A stretch of DNA of 33,942 nucleotides, from assembly GCF_001194135.2 (NCBI RefSeq), contig NC_068984.1, positions 107,365,008 through 107,398,949 on the forward strand, read 5' to 3'. The notes under the pieces are model-generated. The model searched no databases. It was given only the letters and a program-made list of their open reading frames with translations, and was not told the origin of the DNA. Of the stretch, positions 1 through 12,221 are shown in pieces; the stretch's first letter is position 1, and every line of letters begins with the position of its first letter. The stretch comes from Octopus bimaculoides. Taxonomy: Eukaryota. The translations under genes and the position numbers were made by a program.

Positions 1-226
1 GGCACATAAAAGACACCATTTCGAGCGTGGCCGTTTTCGTGCGGGTGACACGTAAAAGCACCCACTACACTCTCTGAGTGGTTGGCGTTAGGAAGGGCAT
101 CCAGCTGTAGAAACTCTGCCAGATCAGACTGGAGCCTGGTGTTGCCATCCGGTTTCACCAGTCCTCAGTCAAATCGTCCAACCCATGCTAGCATGGAAAG
201 CGGACGTTAAACGATGATGATGATGA
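1..226 (+). mobile_element. 3' part of a non-autonomous retroelement (SINE-like, family A) with (GAT)n tail; truncated by window start
   Basis: Ends ...aacccatgctagcatggaaagcggacgttaaacgatgatgatgatgat. Near-identical to 25010-25258, with reverse copies near 28755-29035 and 29960-30185. Confidence 0.85.
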
Positions 227-234
227 TATATATA

Positions 235-371
235 GTGATATTTCACAAAAAAACAACAGACAAAGGCAGGTGGTGTTGAAAAAAAATAGATGTATTAGTA
301 TAACGCTCGGGAATTGAGAAAGTCTTTAACGTTTCAAGCCTATGCTCTTCTACAGAAAGGAACACGGAAAG
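235..371 (-). mobile_element. Short Penelope-like/retrozyme-like fragment carrying a hammerhead motif, embedded in (TA)n
   Basis: Its reverse complement aligns with 24253-24373 (gaagagc..ggctcgaaa..ttaaag..ttcccgagcgttatactaatacatctattt). Flanked by TA repeats on both sides. Confidence 0.65.
324..359 (-). ncRNA. Minimal type-I hammerhead ribozyme motif (variant core CUGUAGA plus extra A)
   Basis: Minus strand reads CTTT-CTGTAGA-A-GAGC-ATAG-GCTT-GAA-ACGT-T-AAAG: stem I CTTT/AAAG, stem II GAGC/GCTT, palindromic ACGT replacing stem III. Confidence 0.6.
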
Positions 372-1389
372 ATATATATATCACTGTATTGCCCAAGATC
401 TTGGAAGTTGTTATACACTGCTGATCATACTGTGCTTTTCAATTTCTCTCTTGATTGTGCTCTGCTTTTTCATCTTGGCCAAAATTGTTTAACAAACCCA
501 TCTTTCTATTTTTGTGAAAACATTCTGAAAGGCATTTTCTGGTCTCTTGGATACCACTTGACAACTGCATGAGTCCATCTATTGCCTGTGAACCTTGTTT
601 TTGGTATCCTGCATCACCCACTCCCAACATCTTGTTTTTATGTAACAATCATTTAATCCTCCACCAATGCAGCCCTTCAGACATTTTATGTTTTATTTTT
701 CTTCTCATTCCTCATTCTTTCATTTAGCAAATTCTCTCTTTCTTTTACTTTGTTTTTCTCATTGACCTGTTATAAATGATGGCATAAATATGACTATGTA
801 TTTCTCTCTCTCTCTCTCTCTCTTACTTCCCTCCCCTACTTACTTTCTCAAAACTTACAGCTTCTCAGGAAAATTTGCAGTGACCGATGAGTAAGAAACA
901 CAAGCAGTAGAAAAAAAAAAGTGGTGGGGAGAATCAATACAATATCAGAGAGAAAAACAATAGCAAAGAGGAAGACTATTTTCTCACCTGGATGCTGTCT
1001 GTCTGTCTTCTTTCTCCCCTATTGTCTCTCCCTTACATTTTTACTTTTGTAGTTTCTTCCTGTTTTTCTTTCTCTTCTTGTCTCTCTCTACACTTATTGC
1101 TCTTCATAAAAATTTGCTAATAGCTTCTGAGGTTTGACATTATAAGTACTTTTATTTAATAAACATATATGTCACAAAAACACTATGTTTACATTTTCAT
1201 ACCTTTTGTCACTCAAACTGATTAAGTCTTACAAATCTTGGAATCACAATTTTAGAATTTCTCTTTAATCTTATAAACACAGGTCAGCACCAAACAGCGA
1301 TAATTTCATTCTACAACAGCACCATTTGTATATCTTTTTGATTGCTCTTTTTTTCAAAACAGATTTTTCCCCCTTTGTTATAAAAGGGA

Positions 1390-1709
1390 AGCATATGGCT
1401 TTGTGGTTAGGGTATTTGACTCACCATTGTAATATCATGAGTTCAGTACCTGGCAGCACATTATATCTTTGAGCAAGACACTTTATTTCATATTGCTCCA
1501 GTCCACTTAGCTGGCAAAAATGAGTAATATCTGCATTTCAAAGGGTCAGCCTTGGCATACTCTGTGTCACTCTGAATGTTCCTGAGAACTACGTTAAGGG
1601 TATGTGTGTCTGTGGAGTACTCAGCCACTTACATGTTAATTTCACAAGGAGACTGTTCCATTGATTGGATCATCCAGAACCCTTGTTGTTATAACTGATG
1701 GAGTGCCAG
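1390..1709 (+). mobile_element. tRNA-derived SINE (family C variant), diverged
   Basis: A-box-like tggctttgtggttagg; core ttgagcaagacacttta; 3' half homologous to 10600-10765 (aagggtcagc..gagaactacg..gagtgcca). Confidence 0.8.
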
Positions 1710-2096
1710 CATAACAGGAAAGGACTTCTTTTAATATTGTTTCCATCAATAATGCCACCGAAAAATATGTGGGGCACATCTTTTTGTGGCATTATTGCAA
1801 GTATGTTCTGAGCAAAACAGAAGCAAATGAAGTGTCAACAAATACTGCGAGGTAATACTGCCAAGAATGCAGCTTACAAAAAAAAACATGATTGAGATAT
1901 TGAATGTGACAATTGCCATAAATAGATTGCTGCCAGACAGGCTGTCTGTAGACAATGGGAGGTACCTAATGATTGAAAGTCTCACCTAAAGAATACTGCT
2001 AGATATGCTGAAAATACTGACAGTCCAAGCAAAAAGCTCAGTGAGCAAGGCACATAAAAGCTTAATTTCTGTCAAACACACATGTGGTAAAGAAGT

Positions 2097-2415
2097 GCTC
2101 TCAACTATGATTTTGGACATTATTATGTTTCTGAGAAAATATTTTCTATTGATAGCATATCCAAACTTTGTGATAAGTGCTTAGACAAGAAAGAGAAACA
2201 AGAACAAATATGTGTTGCTCCTATAGAAAAGTTAATCTACCAGGTCTGGCTGATCCACACTTTCTTAATGCTGCTATTGAAGATTCTATGCATTTGTTGA
2301 TATAACTTTACTTTCAAAACAACTTCTTTTGGAATCAGCATCACCAGAGAAAGACAAATTCATGCAAACTTTTAAAGTAATAGGGCAAATATACCACAAT
2401 ACTGGTTCACTTTTG
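2097..2415 (+). mobile_element. Helitron Rep/helicase N-terminal relic (frameshifted)
   Basis: Manual translation across frames gives ALNYDFGHYYVSEKIFSIDSISKLCDKC, MCCSYRKVNLP, YNFTFKTTSFG and FMQTFKVIGQIYHNTGSLL. These match in order the Helitron motifs AFxYD..CxxC, CCxxGKVxLP, YNxxFxMTSFG and FxPTFKxxGQxYHxxGSLL. Confidence 0.8.
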
Positions 2416-2709
2416 ACCACCCTGTTACTTAGACTTCAGCATTTGGTTCTATGCAAAAAATAGCTATGTCAGCAATTTCACATATAACTTGGAGTTTGAT
2501 CTCTTTTCGGAGTTTCAAATTGGTACAAGAGGCTGTCTGGAGGACATGCATATCATTTCAATGCATCTGGATGCAATGAAGTTGCTCTCATTATAAATGG
2601 AGAGCCACACTGCAAAAGAAATATCATTCTGAAGTGCAGAGGCAACACTAGCAAAACTATAAATAAGGTACATATATCCTATGATACAGTATAGTTGTTT
2701 CAAATCAAA

Positions 2710-3173
2710 TATGAGTTGGTATCAAAAGGTTCCCAGATTAGTTCTGTAGTGCACCAGCAGATGGCAACACATAATTGCATACTCAGTGGGAGCTAGCAGT
2801 GACCTTCATGAGGCAATGTGCTGGGTGACATCAGTGTGTTTACTTCGCAAGTTGTCGAACTTGTGTTTTTGTGAACATGTGTATGCTGTAGTTTGTGATT
2901 TTTCTCATGGACAGGAAGCTGGAACAAAGAGCCAACTTGAAGTTTTGTGTTAAACATGGGAAGTCTGCTACAGAGACATTGAGCATGTTTTGGCAAGCTT
3001 ACGACAATTCAGCAATGGGTCATATGTATTGTTTTGAGGGGCATGGGCACTTCAAAAGTGGAAGACCTGCCATGAGTGTTACCCCAGAAATGTGGAGAAA
3101 ATTTATCAGCTTGTGCCTGAGGAATATCAGAGGACCATCAGTCACATTTAAGAATCAAGTTCAATTCACTTAG
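2710..3173 (+). mobile_element. 5' fragment of a mariner element (left TIR-like end plus N-terminal HTH)
   Basis: tatgagttggtatcaaaaggttccc resembles mariner TIRs. ORF from ATG 2907 reads MDRKLEQRANLKFCVKHGKSATETLSMFWQAYDNSAMGHMYCFEGHGHFKSGR, a mariner HTH. Confidence 0.8.
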
Positions 3174-3562
3174 GCATAATCTACATCTGTTTAAATTAAC
3201 GTTAAAGCAGGGGACCTCAGACAGGACTGACCATTCAGTAGTATAGCTCATATTCCTCCTCTTCAAATCATGAATATAGGATACCAACATGGTAGAATTG
3301 GAGTATTTGGCATTTGAAAATGAGCTCATGTAGTCTCGTATTACCCTTTTAGGTTTTATCACCTTATATTCATGTGTATGTGTCTATTTTATACTCTTGA
3401 ATTTTACCATTGGGTGCCCTATTTAAAAAAAATATATTTATATTCAATTTTGATAATTTGGGAATGATGTAAAGTTGTTTTGACTGATTCAAGTGTTTAT
3501 TCATTATAGCTTTCAGTATATATATATATATATTCAGTGTGTGTGTGTGTATATATATATAT

Positions 3563-4830
3563 ACAGGCTGTGATGAATAAATTGTCATCTAAATTATGCA
3601 AAAATGAAAATAACACTGGCATCTCATTTTAACAGATATATTTACCAAAATTACATAAAAATATCTTGAAAAGCTAAAGAGTAAATTTAGACGACTTTGG
3701 AATCTCCTGCAACTCTTCTGCAAAGTATCCTTGTTTAAGTTGGAGAATGCTGCCATAATCCTAACCTTCAGTTCATCTTTACTGTTACAAGAAGTTTTGT
3801 TGGTCTTTTGCTCAATTGTACCCCACACATAATAAGAGGTTGCAATTTGGAGAGTTAGGTGGCCAGATGTTAAGGGTGATCTGATTGCAGAAATTGTCTG
3901 ACAGCCATGACTGGGTTCTCCTGCCTGTGTGGCATCGTGCAAAGTCCTGTTGCTAGACATAGGATCTTCTAGCAGCCACCCTCTTCACCCAGAGCAGCAC
4001 TACCTCATCCAGGCACATGATGTAGGCCTCCGTATTGAGTATAAGGCCATGTGGGAAGATGAATGGAGGCATAACCTCGCCAGCACTAGTGATCACTCCA
4101 AACACCAAGGTGTTGACTGGATGTTTGATTTTTATCACTCTTGGTACATGTTTTGAGAACACGGCAAGCCAACAGTTGTTCTGTGTGTTCACCATTTGAT
4201 CCTGGCAGAAATTTTTCTCGTCTGTTTAAAACCAAAGCATGATCAGTTGGAGGGGATGTTTGAATTTGTTCAAAAGCTTCATAATGCAATCTTTCCTCTT
4301 GTCCTTGGTGGCTTGGGATAAAATTTGGTCCTTTCTCACCTTGTTTGAGGAATGCCAAATGTCTTTATGCACTGCCTGTCTGATAAGAAACTCAGACACT
4401 CTCATGCCCCTGGCGATGGCACTGATTGACTTGGAGGGATCATTGTCAATCATGGCCTGGATCTCACTAAAAAATTCAGGAGTTCTTTTTTTTTATCAGA
4501 ATGATCAGAATGAGTTTTCTGAGCTGCTATACCTTCATAATCACCATTAGACTTATCCAACTTTTTCCAAATCCTTTGCACTGTCTTCAGATTGACACCC
4601 AAACACTCTGAAATGTTCATATTGGAGCCTCCGGCATAAATACCAAGCAGTACAGCATGTCATTTCCAAATTTCTAGTGAAGTGAATTGCGTCATATTCT
4701 TAGCAGGGCTATTTTTTGGAGCAGTGAATTGCGTTTTTCTCACAGATGGTGCACAACTGACCCTACTATACTGTCTAGTTGACAAAATCAAAAACAAACA
4801 ATGCACATGTGTGAAATAAAAAAATATAAA
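3563..4830 (-). mobile_element. Degenerate Tc1/mariner-superfamily element, maT (DD37D)-type transposase pseudogene
   Basis: Minus frames give an HTH (MIDNDPSKSISAIAR), FFSDEK, VFGVITSAGEVMPPFIF and QQDFARCHTGRRTQSWLSDNFCNQITLNIWPPNSPNCN..YYVWG. Restoring the small deletion using the copy near 29793 (LFDYYLWG) gives 37 residues between the 2nd and 3rd D. Ends approximate. Confidence 0.8.
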
Positions 4831-5039
4831 ATAGCGAGAATTTCATTTCTATTTTCGTTTCTAGGATTCAAACAAAATATATTTTTTTTATTGCCAATAT
4901 TTCTAATCATGAGAGAAAGAGAAAATTTAATCTTACTTCATATTGAATTATGGGAGAAAATTATGATTATTACTTTTAAGAAAAGGAATTAATGAAGTAT
5001 GTAATAGTTGTTAATCTGCAGAGTTTTAGTAGTAGCTTA

Positions 5040-5155
5040 AGAGTTATAGTAACTGTGTGGCTGAGAATTCCACATCTGTCCATAGTTACAGGATCAGTTG
5101 TATTGAGTGAGGAACACCTTGGACCCATGTCTTCTGCCACAACTTTTGCTTGACC
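5040..5155 (+). mobile_element. Heavily decayed SINE head (family B)
   Basis: Residual ctgtgtgg...caccttgga..tgtcttctg similarity to the 9143-9250 head. Confidence 0.45.
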
Positions 5156-5171
5156 AATTCTCTACTCTTCC

Positions 5172-5317
5172 AGTCGAGCAAACTGTCCCCAGGACTTATT
5201 CTTTGTAAGCCTAGTACTTATTCTATCAGTCTCTTTTGCCGAACCGCTATGTTAAGGGGACGTAAACACACCAGCATCGGTTGTCAAGTGATGTTGGGGG
5301 GACAAACACACAAACAC

Positions 5318-5348
<31 letters not shown>

Positions 5349-5523
5349 CAAATATATGATGGGTTTCTTTCAGCTTCCGTCTACCATATCCACTCACAAG
5401 GCTTTTGGTCGGCCCGAGGCTATAGTAGAAGACACTTGCCCAAGGTGCCACGCAGTGGAACTGAACCCAGAACCATGTTGTTCATAAGCAAGCTACTTAC
5501 CACACAGACACTCCTGCACCTAT
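5172..5523 (-). mobile_element. tRNA-derived SINE (family B), 3'-truncated
   Basis: Reverse complement has A box tgtgtggtaag and B-box-like gggttcagttcc; >80% similar by eye to 17793-18204 and 26068-26436. Confidence 0.9.
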
Positions 5524-5909
5524 AGGCTCAGTCCTTTATATTCTTCAGTTTATTAAACCTCCTGTTGTGGTTGCAGTTATAGGTAAACATATTCATGGTA
5601 CACTCCGATGTATATCATACTTGAACACACAGCATCTTGGGACACTGTCCAAATAGCTGGGTCCTGATGCTTAGGGTAATTACCGTATATGTTCATCTGT
5701 CAGAGCAGTGAGTACCATCTACAAGTACTCATCCTTGGGGATGACTGATGACTTGCACTGTGGTTTTGTTTGAAGTGAAGAAGAGTTGTACACCATCATC
5801 TCCGCTCTTGACCAATCTTCAATGTTGTAACAAGACCAGATCAAGACAACTAGGGATGGAGAAAGATGCAGTGGATGTCCAAGATGTTTTATCACCTCTT
5901 TTACTGGTG

Positions 5910-6050
5910 CCTTTCAGTTTCTGTCTCCCAAATCCACTTACAAGTCTTTGGTTGACCTGAGGGAATCATAGAAGACATTTTCCTAAGGTGCCACACAGTG
6001 GGACTGAACCCATACTCATGTGATTTGGAAGCAACCACACCTGCACCTAG
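5910..6050 (-). mobile_element. SINE family B 5' half
   Basis: tttcagtttctgtctcccaaatccac...aaggtgccacacagtgggactgaaccc. Confidence 0.8.
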
Positions 6051-6099
6051 TAAGTTGATTTAATGAAATATCTGATTCGACATTTCTTGATACATTTAT

Positions 6100-6195
6100 G
6101 TTGGCTGTGGGGTTAATAAGCTTGTTATGCAACTCTGTAAATTTTAGGTTCAACCCAGCTTCAAGACATTTTATGTAAGTGTTTTCTGCCATGTG
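6100..6195 (+). mobile_element. Decayed SINE family B head
   Basis: tggctgtggggttaataagcttg...aggttcaaccc...taagtgttttctg. Confidence 0.5.
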
Positions 6196-6368
6196 ATGAT
6201 GAATGTGGTGGTGGTGGTGGTGGTGTTAGTAGTTGTGGGAGTAGTGGTGGTGGCAGTGGTTAGTAGTGGTAGGAACATTATTAGTAATGGTAGTGGGGGT
6301 AGCAGCAGTGGGGGTTGATAAGGATGAGATGAATAATCACAAATGAAATTACTGTTGTTCTCTTACAG

Positions 6369-6472
6369 GATGATGAAGGCAACTATGGTATATTTTTAAG
6401 TGCCATTCGAGAATATGTAAGAAAAGAGAGAATGCAATTTGTGGAGAAAGTGAAAGCTGAAACGGCAGATAA
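6369..6472 (+). CDS. TSNAXIP1: Internal coding exon (phase 0 to 2) of a TSNAXIP1-like gene: DDEGNYGIFLSAIREYVRKERMQFVEKVKAETAD(K)
   Basis: Acceptor tgttgttctcttacag (AG 6367-6368), donor GTGAGT at 6473, open frame, non-repetitive. Resembles the vertebrate TSNAXIP1 C-terminal segment (DEEGQSEPF..LWEQY..EK..YLQQLKQEL) as recalled; not database-verified. Confidence 0.7.
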
Positions 6473-6821
6473 GTGAGTAAACCATAAAACAAACATTTTG
6501 TTTTGAGCTAATCAAATGCCACTTGCATTGTTAACATCTAAAATAATTGCTTAATTTTTTATGTAAATGTCAGTTTTCTTCTTCCTTTTTTACTTATCTC
6601 CAGACACGATATATCTGGGACTATATTGTCTGAGATGTCCCTCTTGTTTTAAAAGAGTAAGGTGTGATTTGATGGATATTTGGCTGTTGTTTTTAGCAAG
6701 TCAAGGGATAATGTAAAAATTACCTTGATAACTCTTGTTCACTGTTCTGTGAATCCATTTTTCTTCAGGTTTGGTATACTTTGAACTATGTTATTTAGTG
6801 TGTTAGTTTTATTTTAAGACT

Positions 6822-7166
6822 GAGGAGACTCCCACCCTTCGGTCATGAATGACCATGGGATTGCACCTAGAAAGTTACCCTCCGAGGCACAAGTCCGGGC
6901 ACGGTTGTTTATGGAAGGCCAGCAGTCGCCCATGCATACCAGCCTCCTCTCTCCACACCACTGATGTTATCCAAGGGAAAGGCAAAAGCCAATACAGCTT
7001 GGCACCAGTGATGTCTCAACTCATTTCTACAGCTGAGTTAACTAGAGCGACGTGAAATAAAGTGTCTTGCTCAAGAACACAACACACAGCCTGGTCCAGT
7101 AATCAAACTCACAACCTCATGATTGTAAGCTCGACACTCTAACCACTGAGCCATATGCCTTCACTA
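6822..7166 (-). mobile_element. Full-length tRNA-derived SINE (family D) with 11-bp TSD
   Basis: Reverse complement starts gtgaaggcatatggctcagtggttagag (A box) and has core ttgagcaagacacttta. TSD attttaagact at 6811-6821 and 7167-7177. Confidence 0.9.
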
Positions 7167-7469
7167 ATTTTAAGACTATAAGGTGCAATTTGATGGACAT
7201 GTGGCTGTTGTTTCTATCAATTCAAGTAACAATTTGAAAGCTCCTTTACTGGATCTTGTTTATCATTCCATGAATCAAAAACTTTTGGCTAAATGTATTC
7301 AAATTGATGATCACACGTTTGACAAATATATGACTCATTTACAATAACAAAGCAGGGGTGGGGGGAAGAAAGTATATACACAACGCACAACTATTACTAT
7401 TAATTGAGACTCAATGCGGTATATCAAAGGCTCATAGTGAACTGCTATGAACACAAACTGCCAATTGCT

Positions 7470-7890
7470 CACAGTTCTTTATTTCTTCAAAGCAGTTGTC
7501 AAATCATTATTTTTCTATGGCTCTTCAACATGGACACTGAACAAGGACTTGAAAAAAAGCCTGATGGTACAAGCACAAGAATTTTTCAAGCAGTTCTCAG
7601 TCTTCCATAGTAGTAACACCCTACAAAGCAGAGTCTGTAAGGCAGTCTTCCAACCAGCATCATGGTAATCAGAGAAAGAACACATTATGCAGCTCATACT
7701 GGAGAATCCAGAATAAAATATCTATCCGGTGATCTTCTCTGGAACCCCAGACATGAATATACAGGTGTCAGTAGACCAAGAAGAGGGTATACCAATCGAC
7801 TTGTGGAAGATACTGGATATCAAGTTGAGGATATAAAGATTGCTAAGGAAGGTCAGGACATCTTGTGTGGAAGAGTTGTATTGGTTTAAT
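7470..7890 (+). mobile_element. 3' fragment of an RTE-clade LINE (post-RT region), frameshifted
   Basis: Frames give FFKAVVKSLFFYGSSTWTLNKDL, EKKPDGTSTRIFQAVL and VIRERTHYAAHTGESR..DLLWNPRHEYTGVSRPRRGYTNRLVEDTG, matching RTE motifs LLYGxETW, GH and GRP..Y.DQL..DTG. Confidence 0.75.
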
Positions 7891-8377
7891 CAAGTCACCC
7901 GACTGAATAGATGAAATAAAGAATTCAGCATTCTTATATCTAATTAATATGCTTTTGCTGATAACGCCAGTCAATTTATTAATGGTATTAATCTGTTGCT
8001 ATGGATGGTTGGATGTACAGTGATTTTGTCCTCTGAATTCTTTTGTGAACTGATGCTTTCTGCAGATGTCTGGTGACTCAAGTATACACATTATGGATTA
8101 CCTAATATTATTATTTAGACTTAATCAGGCCTAACTGAGCAGACCAGTGATCAGAAGCAATTCAATCATGACCATCCAAACATCTTATCCAGTGACATTA
8201 ATTCTAAAACCCTGTGGAAAGATGTGATATGACCGTCATTACTCTCCACTCCTAAAACTGTTACAAACTTGATTTGCATCAATCTGGAGACATCAGCAGG
8301 ACCTGCACATAACCATCTGTTATTTCTACTATTACACTTTTGGCCCTAGTAGAAGTTTTTAGTATGCATTCATATGT

Positions 8378-8507
8378 GCACACACACACACACACGCACA
8401 CACACATGCATGTTTGCATGTATTCATACATACATACATACATACATACATGCATACATTCATACACAAACACATGCGCACACATATACATACATATATA
8501 CATACGT

Positions 8508-8547
<40 letters not shown>
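8378..8547. repeat. Compound (CA)n/(CATA)n microsatellite
   Basis: Directly visible; source of four spurious ORFs. Confidence 0.95.
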
Positions 8548-9142
8548 CATGACGATGACTATTAAGTTTCAAGTATTTTCCTTATGAACCCAATCTGCAA
8601 TATGGACTTGATTATCAATTATAACTATTTAGTTTTGTTTACACTACTAATAGCCTTAAGAAAGATATTCACATCATAAATCCATCTTCAGTTCCTCTGC
8701 ACACAGAAGAGCTAATGTACTTACTGTTCGATACCTTTATTCATAAAGCAAAAAGGAAAACATCTACACAGAATTTATCACACACTTGTGTATAATTAGT
8801 AACTTCATCACAAGTCCAGGTGCAAATTTGATGTCCTAAGATGGTTAGATAGAAGTTTATGCATGAAATCATTGATTGCTAGATCATTGTTTAAATAACA
8901 CGAAGGTAATATGAAACTAACTCTTACATAATATTGTGCTCCACTGGATGTGTGTGCATCTGTTTATTTACTAAGACAAAGATGCGTTTGTAATCTACAA
9001 TGACTATTTCATGTTAAACATGTCTGAAGTTATGAATGCAATATATATATAAATGGATTTAGTTCTATTATACTGCCATATGCATTGCTTTGGTCTTTGT
9101 CACATGAGTCTGTTATACAGTGCTGATCACAAATAGCAAACA

Positions 9143-9293
9143 TAGGTGTAGGCATGGCTGTGTGGTAAGAAGCTTGCCAGGTTCAGTTCCACTGCATAGC
9201 ACCTTGGGCAAGTGTCCTCTACTATAGTTTGGGGCCGACCAGAGTCTAATGAGTGGATTCAGTAGATGGAAACTGAAAGAAGCTCATTGTATA

Positions 9294-9324
<31 letters not shown>

Positions 9325-9548
9325 CTTTGTGTTTGTGTTTGTTCCCCACCACCACTTGACAATCGGTGATGGTATGTTTATGTTCTCCTTACCTCACAGT
9401 TTGGCAATATAGACCAATAGAATAAGTACTAGGTTTTAAAAAAAAAAAATAAGTAGTATAAAAATGAGTCGATTGATTTGACTAAAAATCCTTGAACGCC
9501 CAGCATGGCTGTAATCTAATGACTGAAACAAGTAAAAGATAAAAGATA
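9143..9548 (+). mobile_element. Full-length tRNA-derived SINE (family B), diverged
   Basis: Head tggctgtgtggtaagaagcttgcc..ggttcagttcc, internal (TG)n, tail gactgaaacaagtaaaagataaaagata. Confidence 0.85.
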
Positions 9549-10389
9549 CTGAATCTATCACTTTTAAATGTACTAAAAGTTGTTTGTTAGTACTGATTCT
9601 CCAAGTGAATATTTGTGATCCCTAATTATTTTAGGATTTTCAAATTGGACTCCAGGTTATTTCAAAATTAGACAGATGTTATGGCTCTTTGATATAATCC
9701 TTGACTAAATAGTTAAGATGTTTTCATATGGGTGGAACAGTTAAGGTATAGATGGAATACATTTTGGTTGAATAGTCAGAAAAATAATCCTAGAGAGATG
9801 TGCTTTTGGATTCTAGAAAATGACTGAACAAAATGTTTATAATTAGATGGTGTAAGAGCTAGCATACTTGATAAAAGGTAAAAGCATGGTGGATTTTATA
9901 CAAAGGCAAATAGCTTATAACAAAAGTTTAAAAATGAGCAGAAGAGGCAATGTTTACTGACAATAAAATGGAAAGATATCACAGTGATTCAATAGCAAAC
10001 TAGAGATTAGGGATTATATGCTGGTGTTTCTTTTATATCATATGGTTAATGTTTCTTGATTTTAATGGCATGTTATTATAATGGATAAGAGATTACAGGA
10101 AATCTAGAGGACTTAAATGTGAGGTGTTCATAAGGAGGAATAATATAATTCTATTTTCCAGAAATGAATAATATATAGCTTCTGGTGCTGTTAAATGCCT
10201 TTAGATTCTAAATCTGACACTTGATTCTAAGTAAGATATGTTAAAAATATTTGTTTGTAGGGAGACAAAAATGCTCATCTTTCATCTTATTAAATGAAAT
10301 GGTGTTATGGTGTTTATAATATAATTTTATTATATTTGCAGCCAGTGTTAGTTGACAGTGTATAATTAGTTGTGTATACAGCTCCTAGT

Positions 10390-10772
10390 GGAGGTACAAT
10401 GGCCTAGTAGTTAGGGCAGCGGACTCGCGGTCATAGAATCGCGGTTTCGATTCCCAGACCTGGCGTTGTGAGTGTTTATTGAGCGAAAACACCTAAAGCT
10501 CCACGAGGTTCTGGCAGGAGATGGTGGCGAAGCCTGCTGTACTCTTCTACCACAACTTTCTCACACTCTTACTTCCTGTTTCTGTTGTGCCTGTAATTCA
10601 AAGGGTCAGCTTTGTCACACTGTGTCACGCTGAATATCCCCGAGAACTACGCTAAGGGTACACGTGTCTGTGGAGTGCTCAGCCACTTGCACGTTAATTT
10701 CACGAGCAGGCTGTTCCGTTGATCGGATCAACTGGAACTCTCGACGTCGTAAGCGACAGAGTGCCAACAACA
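10390..10772 (+). mobile_element. Young full-length tRNA-derived SINE (family C) with 12-bp TSD
   Basis: A box tggcctagtagttag, B box ggtttcgattccc, (CAA)n tail. TSD acagctcctagt at 10378-10389 and 10773-10784. Reverse copy at 32115-32497. Confidence 0.95.
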
Positions 10773-10853
10773 ACAGCTCCTAGTTCAATGCTCCACTGAG
10801 AACAGTTTTAAGGGAATTATATAGACGCACCGTGTATGTAACACACACACATA

Positions 10854-10890
<37 letters not shown>

Positions 10891-10894
10891 TAAT

Positions 10895-11305
10895 GATGTT
10901 GCTTTTCCCAACCACATGGTTCTGAGTCAAGTCCCACTGTGTGGTACCTTGGACCATTGTTTCTATTATAGCTTCATGTTGACCAAAGCATTATGAGTAG
11001 ACTTGATACATGAAAACTGAAAGAAATACTTCATTGTGTGTGTGTGTGTGCATGTTTGTGTTTTTGTGCCTCCTTATTTTGACATTGTGTAATAGTTGTA
11101 AATAAATGTCACTGTCATGCAAGAGGTGACCCTCACTTCAATTTCTGTGAAAATATGGGGTCATATGATGGAAATTATCTTGCTTTGAAACAGATGAGGA
11201 TTGGCAACAGGTAGGACATCAGCCATCAAAAATCTGCTTCAGGGAATTCTCTTTGACTCAAACAAGCTTAGAAAAGTGGTCATTAAAACAATGGTGATGA
11301 TGTTA
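10895..11305 (+). mobile_element. Diverged composite SINE (family B head, family A-like tail)
   Basis: aaccacatggttctgagtcaagtccc head; tail ...aaaagtggtcattaaaacaatggtgatgatg. Confidence 0.65.
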
Positions 11306-11309
11306 TTGC

Positions 11310-11626
11310 ATAGTCTAATGTAGACACTTGCCCTCATGCTTTTGCTTGATGTGGCTGGGATCATCCCAGATTAGTGGTCCCAGAGACATCATCATGCGTA
11401 GAACCAACCAAGTCCAGCAGTGCTCTCTATCACTGGTGATCCCATGCCAGCTCTTCTGCATCTTGCAAGGTGATGCCAAACCTCTGGAGATCTTCCTCAA
11501 TTATGTCCAGCCATCTGGTGCAGAACCTACAACAAGGCCCCTTCCAGCCCACAGCTGCTGCATTGAATTGGAGTAAAGCCCTGGTAGGATGATCTAGTGG
11601 GAGATGGAGGACATGTAAGGAATAAC
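11310..11626 (-). mobile_element. 3' end fragment of an RTE-like LINE
   Basis: Minus frame YSLHVLHLPLDHPTRALLQFNAAAVGWKGPCCRFCTRWLDIIEEDL matches the RTE C-terminal pattern GHVxR...GRPxxRWxDxIxxDL. Confidence 0.65.
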
Positions 11627-12221
11627 TAACCTTTATTACTTTGCATCTAGAAGTGTAAGAGAATACATATAATGCATAACTAATTATAAAAGAGTACATG
11701 ACTAATTGATACTGAGTTTATTTTTATTTTATGGTTTAATCAGAGTATGAAGGGCAGTGTCCATAGCCTTTGTGTAATACTTCTGAGACTAGTTGAGGAA
11801 AGGGTGAGAGGATGTTTGTGGATTGACGTCAAAGACTGAGCTGAAAACAAGAGCCTGGCTGATTGTATGCTTGCAGTACAACACAGACGGAAGTGGAGAG
11901 TTTGAACACAGGAAGGGCACCTGACTGATGGCTGATAGAATAATTCAATGTGTTTGATACCTTATTTGTTTACATTTATGTTATACAAAACTTGCAAATA
12001 TTTGTGGTGTTGTCATTTCTCTTGTCAACATCTTGTCTGCTCATTCAGTGCCTTCATAGACATGTAAAATGAACATTCCCTTACTTGGAAAACAGATAAG
12101 AATTAGCAAGAGGGTGGGCAGCTGTATAAAAGTGCTTCAGTAATATATATTCATCTAACCCATGCTAGCATGAAGAAACAGACATAAAAGCAACAAATTC
12201 AGTTTCTCAGTTGATATTTAA

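Noticed and set aside
149-168. Minus-strand CTGAGGA-CTGGT-GAAA-CCGG in the family A tail looks like a hammerhead core
   Set aside because: Only 5 nt for stem II with no pairing, no valid UH cleavage site and no stem I partner.
861-890. ttacag|...|gtaag exon-like stretch upstream of exon 6369
   Set aside because: The frame that would end in phase 0 terminates in TGA.
8279-8572. ORFs rich in CV/HT/YI repeats (also 21909-22400, 22748-23355, 24323-24517)
   Set aside because: Translations of dinucleotide and tetranucleotide microsatellites.
10390-10465. tRNA-like sequence (also heads at 7090-7166 and 32420-32497)
   Set aside because: These are SINE heads: A/B boxes continue into SINE body, with TSDs and no cloverleaf acceptor stem.
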